Positions 9,589 to 17,764 of a DNA stretch of 64,000 nt are shown here, in pieces; positions within the stretch are counted from its first letter, which is position 1; each line of letters begins with the position of its first letter. The translations under genes and the position numbers were made by a program. The stretch spans positions 2,416 through 66,415 of the forward strand of contig BQJN01000003.1 of the NCBI GenBank assembly GCA_021604725.1, given 5' to 3'. The DNA comes from Lysobacteraceae bacterium (lineage in GTDB: Bacteria > Pseudomonadota > Gammaproteobacteria > Xanthomonadales > BQJN01). The notes below the pieces were generated by a model. It was not told where the DNA came from and did not search any database. It saw only the letters and a program-made list of their open reading frames with translations.

Positions 9589-12500
9589 ATGGTCCGATTT
9601 CCTGCAACTGCCGCGCTAATGCTGCTGAGTCTATTGGCTCACTCGGTTCATGCTGGCCAGTCACCTGCCTACCTCAACTTCGAAAGCGGTCATGTCAGGC
9701 CATTGGCCTTGTCTTCCGATGGCAACACCTTGTACGCAGTCAATACGCCGGATGCGCGTCTGGAGGTTTTTTCGGTCAAGCGGGACGGGCTCGTCCATAT
9801 GCACTCCGTGCCGGTGGGTCTTGAGCCGGTTGCGGTGGCGCTAAATGGCGATGATCAGGCTTGGGTGGTCAACCATTTGTCCGATAGCGTTAGCGTTATA
9901 GATATGGCTTCTATGCGACCACAGGTGGTTCAGACCTTGCTGGTTGGTGACGAGCCTCGAGATATTGTGTTTGCTGGTGGTCAAGGCAAACGAGCCTTCA
10001 TCACCACCGCCCACCGCGGCCAAAGACGAACTGACGTAGCACTTTCTGATGTTCCCGGGGCAGGCGACCCGCAGCTGACGACTGCTGGCGTGGGTCGGGC
10101 CGACGTCTGGGTTTTTGACACACGGCAAATCGAGCGCACGCAAGTTGCGGGCGGGCGGCCGTTGGCGATTGTAACGCTGTTTGGTGATACCCCCAGGGCA
10201 TTGGCGGTTTCGCCGAATGGCAAGGCTGTATACGCGGCCGTTTTTCAGTCCGGCAACCGAACCACGGTGGTGTCGTCACTGCAGGTATGTGAGCAGACCG
10301 CCAGCGGCGTTTGTGATGGCGATGGCGTGACCTCGCCGGGCGGGTTGGTCGATGGGCAGCTACCTGCTGGCCCACTGTCGCCTACACATGATGCCAACGG
10401 CCATCCCGCGCCGCCGTCAAGTCTCATCGTCGAGCAGCAAGGTGACCAGGGCGTCTGGCTGGATGAGCTGGGCCGCAACTGGAGCAACGCGGTGCGGTTT
10501 CATCTTCCAGACTATGACGTATTCAAGATCAACGCTCGCTCGCTGCAGGTCAAGCGTCGTTACTCGCAGGTCGGCACCACCCTGTTCAATATGGCCGTCA
10601 ACCCGACCTCGGGTGCGCTGTACGTTAGCAATACTGAGGCCAACAATGCCACACGGTTCGTTGGCGACGGCCAGTTCGCTGGCAGCTCGGTACAGGGCCA
10701 CCTGGCACCGGCGCGCGTCACCGTCATTGACCGGGGCTCAGTGACGCCGCATCGACTCAACCCACATATCGACTACGCAGTCACCCCTGCCGCTGGTGGA
10801 GTAAAAGAGCATAGTTTGGCAACGCCGATGGGTATGGCGGTCAGTGCCGATGGCGGGACGCTATACCTCGCCGCGTTTGGGTCTGGCAAAGTCGGCGTCT
10901 TCAACACCGATACTCTGGAACGCGGCGACCTTGATCCTGAGCAAGCCAGTACTCAATACCTTCAGGTCAGTGGTGGCGGACCGAGCGGACTGGCCCTCGA
11001 CGATCACAATCAACGCTTGTTTGTGGCCACCCGCTTCGATAATGGCATCTCGATGATTGACCTTCAGACCGGGATTGAGCTCGATCATCAAACAATGCCC
11101 AGCCCGGAGCCTGAGTCCATCACGGAGGGTCGACGGCTGTTCTACGACGCCGCGTTTACTTCCTCCAATGGTGAGGCATCTTGCTCAAGCTGCCACATGT
11201 TCGGTGATACTGATCATTTGGCCTGGGATCTGGGCAATCCGCAGGGCGACATTGTCGACAACCCGTTGCCGATGAACATGAAGGTGGTGGCCACGACTTT
11301 GGGCCAGGCTGAGCCGAACATAAATGGCAGTGGCGTCGTTACCGATCTGCATCCAATGAAAGGGCCGCTGGTGACGCAAACACTTCGCGGTATTGCCCAC
11401 TCCGGTGCCATGCATTGGCGCGGTGATCGTGCGGTAGGTGAGTTCGCCAATGATGCCTTTGATGAGCGCGTTTCATTCATGAACTTCAATGAAGCCTTTC
11501 CAGCCCTGCTGGGTCGGAGTGCGCCGCTGGACACAGAGGATATGTCAGCCCTGACAGACTTTGGCCTGTCCATCGTTCAGCCGCCAAACCCCATTCGAGC
11601 GCTGGACAATCAGCTCAGCCAAGCGCAAGCGCGTGGCGCCGCGTTTTTCTTTGGAACACGTCGTGCCGTCGGCTCACCGATCGATTTTCTGGGCGGGTCA
11701 CCTGAGGGTTTTACCTGCGAGGGCTGTCATACCGTTGATCCCGCTGAGGGACAGTTTGGTACTGGCGGCCACGCGGCATTCGAATTCCTGCATCAGATCT
11801 TCAAAGTGCCGCAGTTGCGAAACCTGCACACCAAGGTGGGCATGTTCGGTGTGCCAAATCGCCCTTTTTTCAATGCCAGGAGCAACCACCACCTGGGGGC
11901 GCAGATACGGGGCTATGGCTTTTTGCACGATGGTGCGTCGGACACCATTTTCCGAAACTTCAGTATCCTGCCATTCAATGGCCGAAACACCGTGTTTGGG
12001 TCCACTGGGTTTCCGAATGATCAGGTCCGTCGGGACGTAGAGCAGTTCATGTTCGCGTTCGAGGGCGATCTGGCGCCTATTGTTGGGTCTCAGTTGACGG
12101 TCACTGCACCTGCGTCTGAGGCGGCAATAGAACGATTAGCCTTGCTGATCGAGCGTGCGCAACAGCCCTTTGTCTCGCGAATTTTGGGCGGTGAGGTTAC
12201 GGAAGCTGATTTGGTGGTTTTGGGCACCATTGATGAGCAGCCGCGCGGATGGATGATGCAGGGCGATGCCTTTACCTCTGATCGGCGCTCTGAGCCAGAC
12301 TATTCGATCGATCAGCTACTCGATCTGGCGCAGCACCAGGCGCTAACTTTCACGGCAGTACCGCCCGGCTACGGTGCGCGTATCGCACTGGATCGTGATC
12401 TCGATGGCATATACAACGCCGATGACGTCTGTCCAGCAGTGTTCGATTCGAACCAGTTCGATCAGGATTCGGATGGCGTTGGCGACCTTTGTGATAACTG

Positions 12501-12732
12501 TGAAATGTATGCCAATGGCAACCAGCGCGATAGCAATGGCGATGGCATAGGCAATGCGTGCGATGCTGACCTGAATAATGATGGCGCGGTGGACTTCGCT
12601 GATTTTGCAATCATGGTCGGCGTGCTGTTCTCGGCGCATGATGGCGATGCAGATCTCGATGGCAACGGTCAGGTCGACTTAAATGACCTGGCCAGGTTGC
12701 AGGAACTGTGGGGCGCTGTCAGCAGCGGATAG
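9589..12732 (+). CDS. secreted multidomain protein: YVTN-type beta-propeller + di-haem cytochrome c peroxidase/MauG-like domain + thrombospondin type 3 / dockerin-like Ca-binding repeats
   Basis: Signal peptide MVRFPATAALMLLSLLAHSVHA (ATG 9589; the track starts at TTG 9541). Propeller blades LYAVNTPD.., AWVVNHLSDSVSVID, LYVSNTE.., LFVATRFDNGISMID. Two CxxCH haem motifs: CSSCH 11182-11196 and CEGCH 11716-11730. CCP-family motifs FKVPQLRN and GFLHDGA. C-terminal DQDSDGVGDLCDNC, DSNGDGIGNACD, DLNNDGAVDFADF, DLDGNGQVDLNDL. Confidence 0.8.
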   Translation: MVRFPATAALMLLSLLAHSVHAGQSPAYLNFESGHVRPLALSSDGNTLYAVNTPDARLEVFSVKRDGLVHMHSVPVGLEPVAVALNGDDQAWVVNHLSDSVSVIDMASMRPQVVQTLLVGDEPRDIVFAGGQGKRAFITTAHRGQRRTDVALSDVPGAGDPQLTTAGVGRADVWVFDTRQIERTQVAGGRPLAIVTLFGDTPRALAVSPNGKAVYAAVFQSGNRTTVVSSLQVCEQTASGVCDGDGVTSPGGLVDGQLPAGPLSPTHDANGHPAPPSSLIVEQQGDQGVWLDELGRNWSNAVRFHLPDYDVFKINARSLQVKRRYSQVGTTLFNMAVNPTSGALYVSNTEANNATRFVGDGQFAGSSVQGHLAPARVTVIDRGSVTPHRLNPHIDYAVTPAAGGVKEHSLATPMGMAVSADGGTLYLAAFGSGKVGVFNTDTLERGDLDPEQASTQYLQVSGGGPSGLALDDHNQRLFVATRFDNGISMIDLQTGIELDHQTMPSPEPESITEGRRLFYDAAFTSSNGEASCSSCHMFGDTDHLAWDLGNPQGDIVDNPLPMNMKVVATTLGQAEPNINGSGVVTDLHPMKGPLVTQTLRGIAHSGAMHWRGDRAVGEFANDAFDERVSFMNFNEAFPALLGRSAPLDTEDMSALTDFGLSIVQPPNPIRALDNQLSQAQARGAAFFFGTRRAVGSPIDFLGGSPEGFTCEGCHTVDPAEGQFGTGGHAAFEFLHQIFKVPQLRNLHTKVGMFGVPNRPFFNARSNHHLGAQIRGYGFLHDGASDTIFRNFSILPFNGRNTVFGSTGFPNDQVRRDVEQFMFAFEGDLAPIVGSQLTVTAPASEAAIERLALLIERAQQPFVSRILGGEVTEADLVVLGTIDEQPRGWMMQGDAFTSDRRSEPDYSIDQLLDLAQHQALTFTAVPPGYGARIALDRDLDGIYNADDVCPAVFDSNQFDQDSDGVGDLCDNCEMYANGNQRDSNGDGIGNACDADLNNDGAVDFADFAIMVGVLFSAHDGDADLDGNGQVDLNDLARLQELWGAVSSG

Positions 12733-12826
12733 CAAGCTGGTCCGACTCGCCAGTGGCGGCCGACGCGAACTGAATGTATTGTGGTTCACCAATTGGTTAC
12801 CACAGCAATAACAAAGGGGACTCCCA

Positions 12827-13465
12827 ATGAGATCTATAGCTGCCATTGTTTTGATGATCGCTGCCGCCGCGGCACAAGCTGCCACCGTCACGGTTGTCAA
12901 CTACTCGTATTGGGATATCCACTATCTGTACATTTCACCATCCGCTTCGAACAATTGGGGCCCCGATCAGCTGGGCAATCAAATCCTGGGGTCTGACCAG
13001 CAAATAACGCTGAAAATGGGCACCGGCGATTGGGATGTGCGGCTGGTAGATGAAGATGGTGATGAATGCGTTGTATTCGCTGTGCCGGTAAGAGGTGGCA
13101 GCGACAGCTGGGAAATCACCAACGACGACCTGCTCGATTGCCAGTCTGAAACCGAAACCGGTGGTGGCTATTCGGCTCAAGGTGCCGGTGGAACAGCCGA
13201 ACTTTATAACGGCACCAGTTACGATATTTACGAGATCTACCTGTCACCAACTCGCCAAAATACCTGGGGCCGAGACTTGCTCGGTAATCAGATTCTGTAT
13301 ACCGGTGAGACGTTTCAATTGTCGAATATCAGTTGTGACAACTATGACGTACGTATTGTCGATGAGGACGATGATGTATGTGAGTACAGCGGTGAATACA
13401 TTTGTGGCGATGCCGGCACCTGGCACCTGACCGACGATGAGTTGCTGAGCTGTCAGGGGTATTGA
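12827..13465 (+). CDS. small secreted protein made of two copies of an unnamed ~90-aa domain
   Basis: Signal peptide MRSIAAIVLMIAAAAAQA. Residues ~19-108 and ~122-212 align: Y.I..+Y+SP...N.WG.D.LGNQIL......L......+DVR+VDED.D.C......G...W.+T.D+LL.CQ. Confidence 0.7.
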   Translation: MRSIAAIVLMIAAAAAQAATVTVVNYSYWDIHYLYISPSASNNWGPDQLGNQILGSDQQITLKMGTGDWDVRLVDEDGDECVVFAVPVRGGSDSWEITNDDLLDCQSETETGGGYSAQGAGGTAELYNGTSYDIYEIYLSPTRQNTWGRDLLGNQILYTGETFQLSNISCDNYDVRIVDEDDDVCEYSGEYICGDAGTWHLTDDELLSCQGY

Positions 13466-13645
13466 GCTGGCCCATCATCTATCGCGACAAGCAAATAGCT
13501 AGGCCTAAGGTCACTGGACAGTGGCGGCTGCCGTTACTATGCTCAGAGGCTATGCTTTCTATAGGGATCATGTACGCAGCCAATTGGGCTGTTAACACGC
13601 CTGCTTGTACCGGGCTATTTAACCAATGAAAACAGGGGATGAACG

Positions 13646-13861
13646 ATGTCCAAGTTAGTTGATTTGATGAAGGACTTAGGCCAGGACGCAAGTCTTGCCA
13701 ACGAATATCAGAATGACGCTGATGGCGTGATGAAACGGTATGGCCTCAGTGATGAAGAATGCGCGGCGATGAAGTCCTGTGATGTCGACAAGATCAAGCA
13801 GATGAGTGGCTTGAGTGATGTGCATGTGACCACCAACAGCACAATCAAAGCCTTCGAATAG
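13646..13861 (+). CDS. candidate split-borosin (SonA-like) RiPP precursor peptide
   Basis: 71 aa, with AGGGGA 6 nt upstream of the ATG. Acidic helical N-terminal ~50 aa (LGQDASLANEYQNDADGVMKRYGLSDEECAAM), then the tail SGLSDVHVTTNSTIKAFE. Same strand and operon as an OphMA-like N-methyltransferase. Noticeably lower GC than the flanking genes by eye. Confidence 0.65.
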   Translation: MSKLVDLMKDLGQDASLANEYQNDADGVMKRYGLSDEECAAMKSCDVDKIKQMSGLSDVHVTTNSTIKAFE

Positions 13862-13872
13862 ATGGTTGAGCG

Positions 13873-15630
13873 GTGGCCAGCAGAGTGAAATTGATTGCCG
13901 CCGGTTTCGTCGCTCTGCTGACCGCTGCCAGTGTTGACTCAGTCGACTTGCAGTCCGAGTTGGATCGAGCGGCCCATCTTAATGTGACCGCACCCTGGGA
14001 GGAGTCCCAGCAGGTGCTTGATGCGATTGAGCCGCAGATGCACACCGCAACGCCCCGTCAACGGGGCCAGTTCGAGTTTATCGCCGCGCGCAATCGGGCA
14101 CTGGCCGGCGATTGCGACGCAGCGGTTTCGTCACTCCAACGTTTGCGAAGCGCCGACTCTGACCCGGATCAACGGTTGGGTGCCTATCGCCTTTCTGCCA
14201 ACTGCGCTCTCAATCAGGGGGACTTCGAACAGGGGTTCAGCTTTTTGTCGCTCGGGTTGAGCTTGTTGCCTGAGGTCGAAGCGTCCAGTGAGAAGACCAT
14301 GATTCTCGGCTTGGCGACCTACTACCATAGTCAGGCTGGTGAGCCAGCCAAAGCCTTGGAGTATGCGCAACAGGCGATGGATCTGGCCGCTCTGGACGAC
14401 GACCAGCGCGGGCTCTGCATGGCACTGTTCGACCTATCCTTGGCCGAGGAGAACGCGGGCGCCATTAGAGAGGCCTCAGTGTCAGCCAGGTCTGCCGTTG
14501 AGTCCTGCAAGGCCGCTCAGGACCCTGTCTATGTTGGTGCATCTCAGGTTCAATACGGCGAGTTGCTAAGTGAACTAGGTGATCATGAAGGTGCCAGACG
14601 AGCGGTTGAGGCCGGTCTAGGGTCTATGCAAGAGGCGGGGTATCGCGACGGTGTTATGCGTGGCCAATTGACCCTGGCCCACATTCTGGTTCAACTCGGC
14701 GACAGTTCGCAGGCCACCCAATTGCTACGCCCCCTGGTGGATGAGTTCGAGCGAATGGAGTATTGGCGTGACTTACGCGAAACGCTAATTTTGTTGGCCA
14801 CTCTCGGTGCCGAAGTCGGCGACTATGAACAGCCATATCATGACCTGCTTCGCGCGGAGGCTGCTAATGATAAGTACCTCGATGGTGACAGGGCCATGCG
14901 ATTGAGCTTGTTACAGGTACAGTTCGACACTTTGCACAAAGAGCAGGAGATTGAACTGTTGCGAGAGCGTAACCGCTTGCTCGAAGTGCAGGAGCAGGCG
15001 CAAAATGAGCGACGGCAACTGGTCACCTGGGGCTTGTTCATTCTGGCCGTGATCGGTGCTTTCCTTTTTATGTTGCTGTTGCGCACTCGCTCAGATCGCC
15101 GCCATCTGCTTTGGTTGTCTGAACATGATGGCTTGACCGGTCTTAGCAACCACACCACCTTTTTCAACCGCGCCTCGGTGACTCTGGAAGAGTGTTTATC
15201 TCAAGGGCGCCCGGCCGTTCTTTTCGTAGCTGACATCGATCATTTCAAACGCACCAACGACGAGCACGGTCATGCTTGTGGCGATGAGGTCTTGCGTCAT
15301 GTTGGGGTGGCGATGGTTAATACGTTTAGCCGATCCGACATCGTAGGTCGCGTCGGCGGTGAGGAGTTTGCCGCACTGCTGCCTGACCATACGGCGGTTG
15401 AAGCGAAAGGCATGATCGCCCAGTTTCACAAGCGGTTGAGCGAAGAAGAGGGCGCTTCTGAGCTGCCTCCAATTACGCTCAGTTACGGCTTGGCCGAAGC
15501 ATCACAAGGCCAAACGCTGGAGGCATTGCGTCAGACCGCAGATGAGGCTCTTTACGTGGCCAAACGCCGAGGGCGTAACCAGATCGTTGAGGCGGCGACG
15601 CTAACACCTGCACAAGAGGTCAGCGCTTGA
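13873..15630 (+). CDS. membrane diguanylate cyclase: periplasmic TPR-like helical-repeat sensor + GGDEF domain
   Basis: GTG start. N-terminal signal/anchor, ~370 aa helical repeats, a coiled coil, and a single TM (WGLFILAVIGAFLFMLLL). The GGDEF domain has HDGLTGLSNH and an intact GGEEF active site. The stop TGA 15628-15630 overlaps the TTG start of the next gene. Confidence 0.85.
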   Translation: MASRVKLIAAGFVALLTAASVDSVDLQSELDRAAHLNVTAPWEESQQVLDAIEPQMHTATPRQRGQFEFIAARNRALAGDCDAAVSSLQRLRSADSDPDQRLGAYRLSANCALNQGDFEQGFSFLSLGLSLLPEVEASSEKTMILGLATYYHSQAGEPAKALEYAQQAMDLAALDDDQRGLCMALFDLSLAEENAGAIREASVSARSAVESCKAAQDPVYVGASQVQYGELLSELGDHEGARRAVEAGLGSMQEAGYRDGVMRGQLTLAHILVQLGDSSQATQLLRPLVDEFERMEYWRDLRETLILLATLGAEVGDYEQPYHDLLRAEAANDKYLDGDRAMRLSLLQVQFDTLHKEQEIELLRERNRLLEVQEQAQNERRQLVTWGLFILAVIGAFLFMLLLRTRSDRRHLLWLSEHDGLTGLSNHTTFFNRASVTLEECLSQGRPAVLFVADIDHFKRTNDEHGHACGDEVLRHVGVAMVNTFSRSDIVGRVGGEEFAALLPDHTAVEAKGMIAQFHKRLSEEEGASELPPITLSYGLAEASQGQTLEALRQTADEALYVAKRRGRNQIVEAATLTPAQEVSA

Positions 15631-16433
15631 CTGCCAGCTCAGCTCCTGCCGGGGAGCTGGTCATCGTTGGTGCCGGCATTCAGCTTGGTCGCCATATTTC
15701 GCAACGGGCATTAAGCGAGATCGAGCACGCTGATGTCGTGCTGTGTTTGGTCGATACCTTTGCCTTAAGTTGGCTAAAGCAGGTTCGCCCGGACCTGATC
15801 GAATTGAATGAACTGTATGGTCCTGGCAAGGACCGCCGCATCACCTACGCGGAGATGGAGGCGGCAATGTTGGCGCCGCTGCGCGAAGGCAAACGGGTGT
15901 GCACGGTTTTTTATGGACACCCTGGTGTGTTCGCCGACGCGCCCCATGCGGCAATGGTTCGCGCTAGAGCCGAAGGGTACCTTGCCCGTATGGAGCCGGG
16001 AGTGTCAGCCGATGCCTGCCTGTTTGCCGACCTTGGCTTCGACCCCGGGTTGCATGGCGTGCAGTCATTTGAGGCGACGCAGTATTTGATCTATCAGCGA
16101 AACATTGATCCCAGTGCCTTGTTGATTCTGTGGCAAGTGGCCTTGGTCGGTGATTTAAGCTGCAAGGTGATGACCACGACACCTCAGCGGCGACAACTTC
16201 TGGTGGACAAGCTGTTGACGGTCTATCCGCTGCAAACCGAGGTCATTTTGTATGAAGCAGCGACGGTGCCGGTGCAGCAGCCACGAATTGACAGAATGCC
16301 AATCGAGGCCCTTCCAAATGCCAGCTATGTCGAACATACAACGTTGGTCATTCCTCCGGCGGTAAAACTGGTGCCTGATCGCGCCATGCGTGACCAGCTT
16401 ATGGAAATGGCGCCGATAGTTGATTCGAATTGA
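15627..16433 (+). CDS. borosin-type peptide backbone alpha-N-methyltransferase (TP_methylase fold; OphMA/SonM-like)
   Basis: 268 aa. Block-by-block match to the OphMA methyltransferase domain as recalled: [61 protein letters not shown]. No cobalamin or sirohaem genes nearby. Confidence 0.8.
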   Translation: [268 protein letters not shown]

Positions 16434-17085
16434 CTCCTCGGACATAACTGTGAATGTGCCCCTTGAACGGCGCTTCAAGGTATGAGGTATCGACCGGCTT
16501 GTTCTTGCTGTGGCCATAACCGAGGGCCAGCATCAACTTGGAAAACCTGCCTTCGTTTTTGCGTCCAGGGTCGACAATAATCACCTCACACTTTTGCTTG
16601 GCATGAGCGTCGATGAACGAAGCCAGCAGCCTGGCGTGGTCGGGTTCGTACAGCAAATCGCTGCCGATGATCAGATCAAAAGCGCCCAGCTCATCATCGA
16701 GGTCAGCCCAGCCGGTTCGGTCGAACGGGATTACTGGTCCGTCGTTCAAGGCAGCGTTGCGTCGCAGAAAGCTCTCGGTTTCGGGGTGGTGATCGGTCGC
16801 TGTGATGTCAGTTCTACGGTAGTTCAGGACAAGGCTGGCCAGGGCAATGCCGCAGCCCACCTCGAGGATGCGTTTGCCTGCAACTTCGAAGTCAAGCATG
16901 TGGTGAGCGAGAACTTGAGCCGAGGGCCAGACAATACCGAACATCGGCCAGTTGGCAGACGATATGCCAAGCTTCTCGGCCACGCCCTCAAGGTCAGAAA
17001 ACTGTTGATTGTCGCGCAGGGTTCTCAAGTGCACATCGAATGCACCAACCTCCAGGGTCTGGTAGCGAAGGCGCAGAACTGACAT
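16399..17085 (-). CDS. class I SAM-dependent methyltransferase (Methyltransf_16 / protein-lysine MTase-like)
   Basis: ILEVGCGIALASLVL (motif I), TDITATD, FDLIIGSDLLYEPDH. I prefer the ATG ending at 17085 (AGGA upstream) over the track start at 17133. Its 3' end overlaps the convergent gene by 35 nt. Confidence 0.75.
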   Translation of the reverse strand: MSVLRLRYQTLEVGAFDVHLRTLRDNQQFSDLEGVAEKLGISSANWPMFGIVWPSAQVLAHHMLDFEVAGKRILEVGCGIALASLVLNYRRTDITATDHHPETESFLRRNAALNDGPVIPFDRTGWADLDDELGAFDLIIGSDLLYEPDHARLLASFIDAHAKQKCEVIIVDPGRKNEGRFSKLMLALGYGHSKNKPVDTSYLEAPFKGHIHSYVRGVNSNQLSAPFP

Positions 17086-17248
17086 GGCATTATCCTGAGT
17101 AGGGATCGCAAAGAAGCAGGCTAATTGCAACACCTTGACGGATTACGCACGCAAGCGGATTGGTCAGAGCTTCCCTTAATCTACACCCACGCCCCGTATT
17201 GCGCCATTGGCGCTGTACAGTAGTCGCCAGAAAAATGACAATGGTGGG

Positions 17249-17764
17249 ATGAGTCTTGACGAACAACTCAGAGAACTGCTTGTTCAACTTCGCGATGAAC
17301 GGGTGAACTATGCACTGATTGGCGGGCTTGCCATGAACGTTCATGCCAGGCCCCGTGCTACCGCTGATATCGATTTGCTGGTGGCCGCTTCGGATCACGA
17401 TTTACTGTGCCGGCTGCTGAAGAGATTGAGCTATGTTGTACTTGATGATCGGCCAGAGCTGGCAAGTTTCGTACGAGGGGGACAGCGCGTCGATGCGCTA
17501 TTCGCCACAGGTGAGCACGCGAAAGAGTTTCTCACCGAGTCACGATTGATTGAGGGAGTGGATGGTCTCCGCGTAGTCACGCCCGAGGCGCTTATCGCGC
17601 TGAAACTGCAGGCGTTCAATGATGATCCACGCCGACTGCAAGACCTGGCCGACATTATGGGGTTGGTTGAACACAACAAAGATGCCCTTGATGTCGAGCG
17701 CCTGCGGGGCTACTTTGAGATATTCCAGCGTCTTGAGCTTTTCGATGAGCTGTTTGCCCAATGA
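17249..17764 (+). CDS. minimal nucleotidyltransferase (pol-beta superfamily, MNT-like)
   Basis: GG-x13-DID signature (IGGLAMNVHARPRATADIDLLV). The start could be ATG 17249 or TTG 17207. Confidence 0.6.
   Translation: MSLDEQLRELLVQLRDERVNYALIGGLAMNVHARPRATADIDLLVAASDHDLLCRLLKRLSYVVLDDRPELASFVRGGQRVDALFATGEHAKEFLTESRLIEGVDGLRVVTPEALIALKLQAFNDDPRRLQDLADIMGLVEHNKDALDVERLRGYFEIFQRLELFDELFAQ

Noticed and set aside
15627-16433. Reading the TP_methylase-fold ORF as a cobalamin/sirohaem (CobA/CysG/precorrin) methyltransferase
   Set aside because: The motif blocks match the OphMA-type peptide N-methyltransferase domain rather than SUMT signatures. No tetrapyrrole pathway genes are nearby, and a precursor-like small ORF lies in the same operon.
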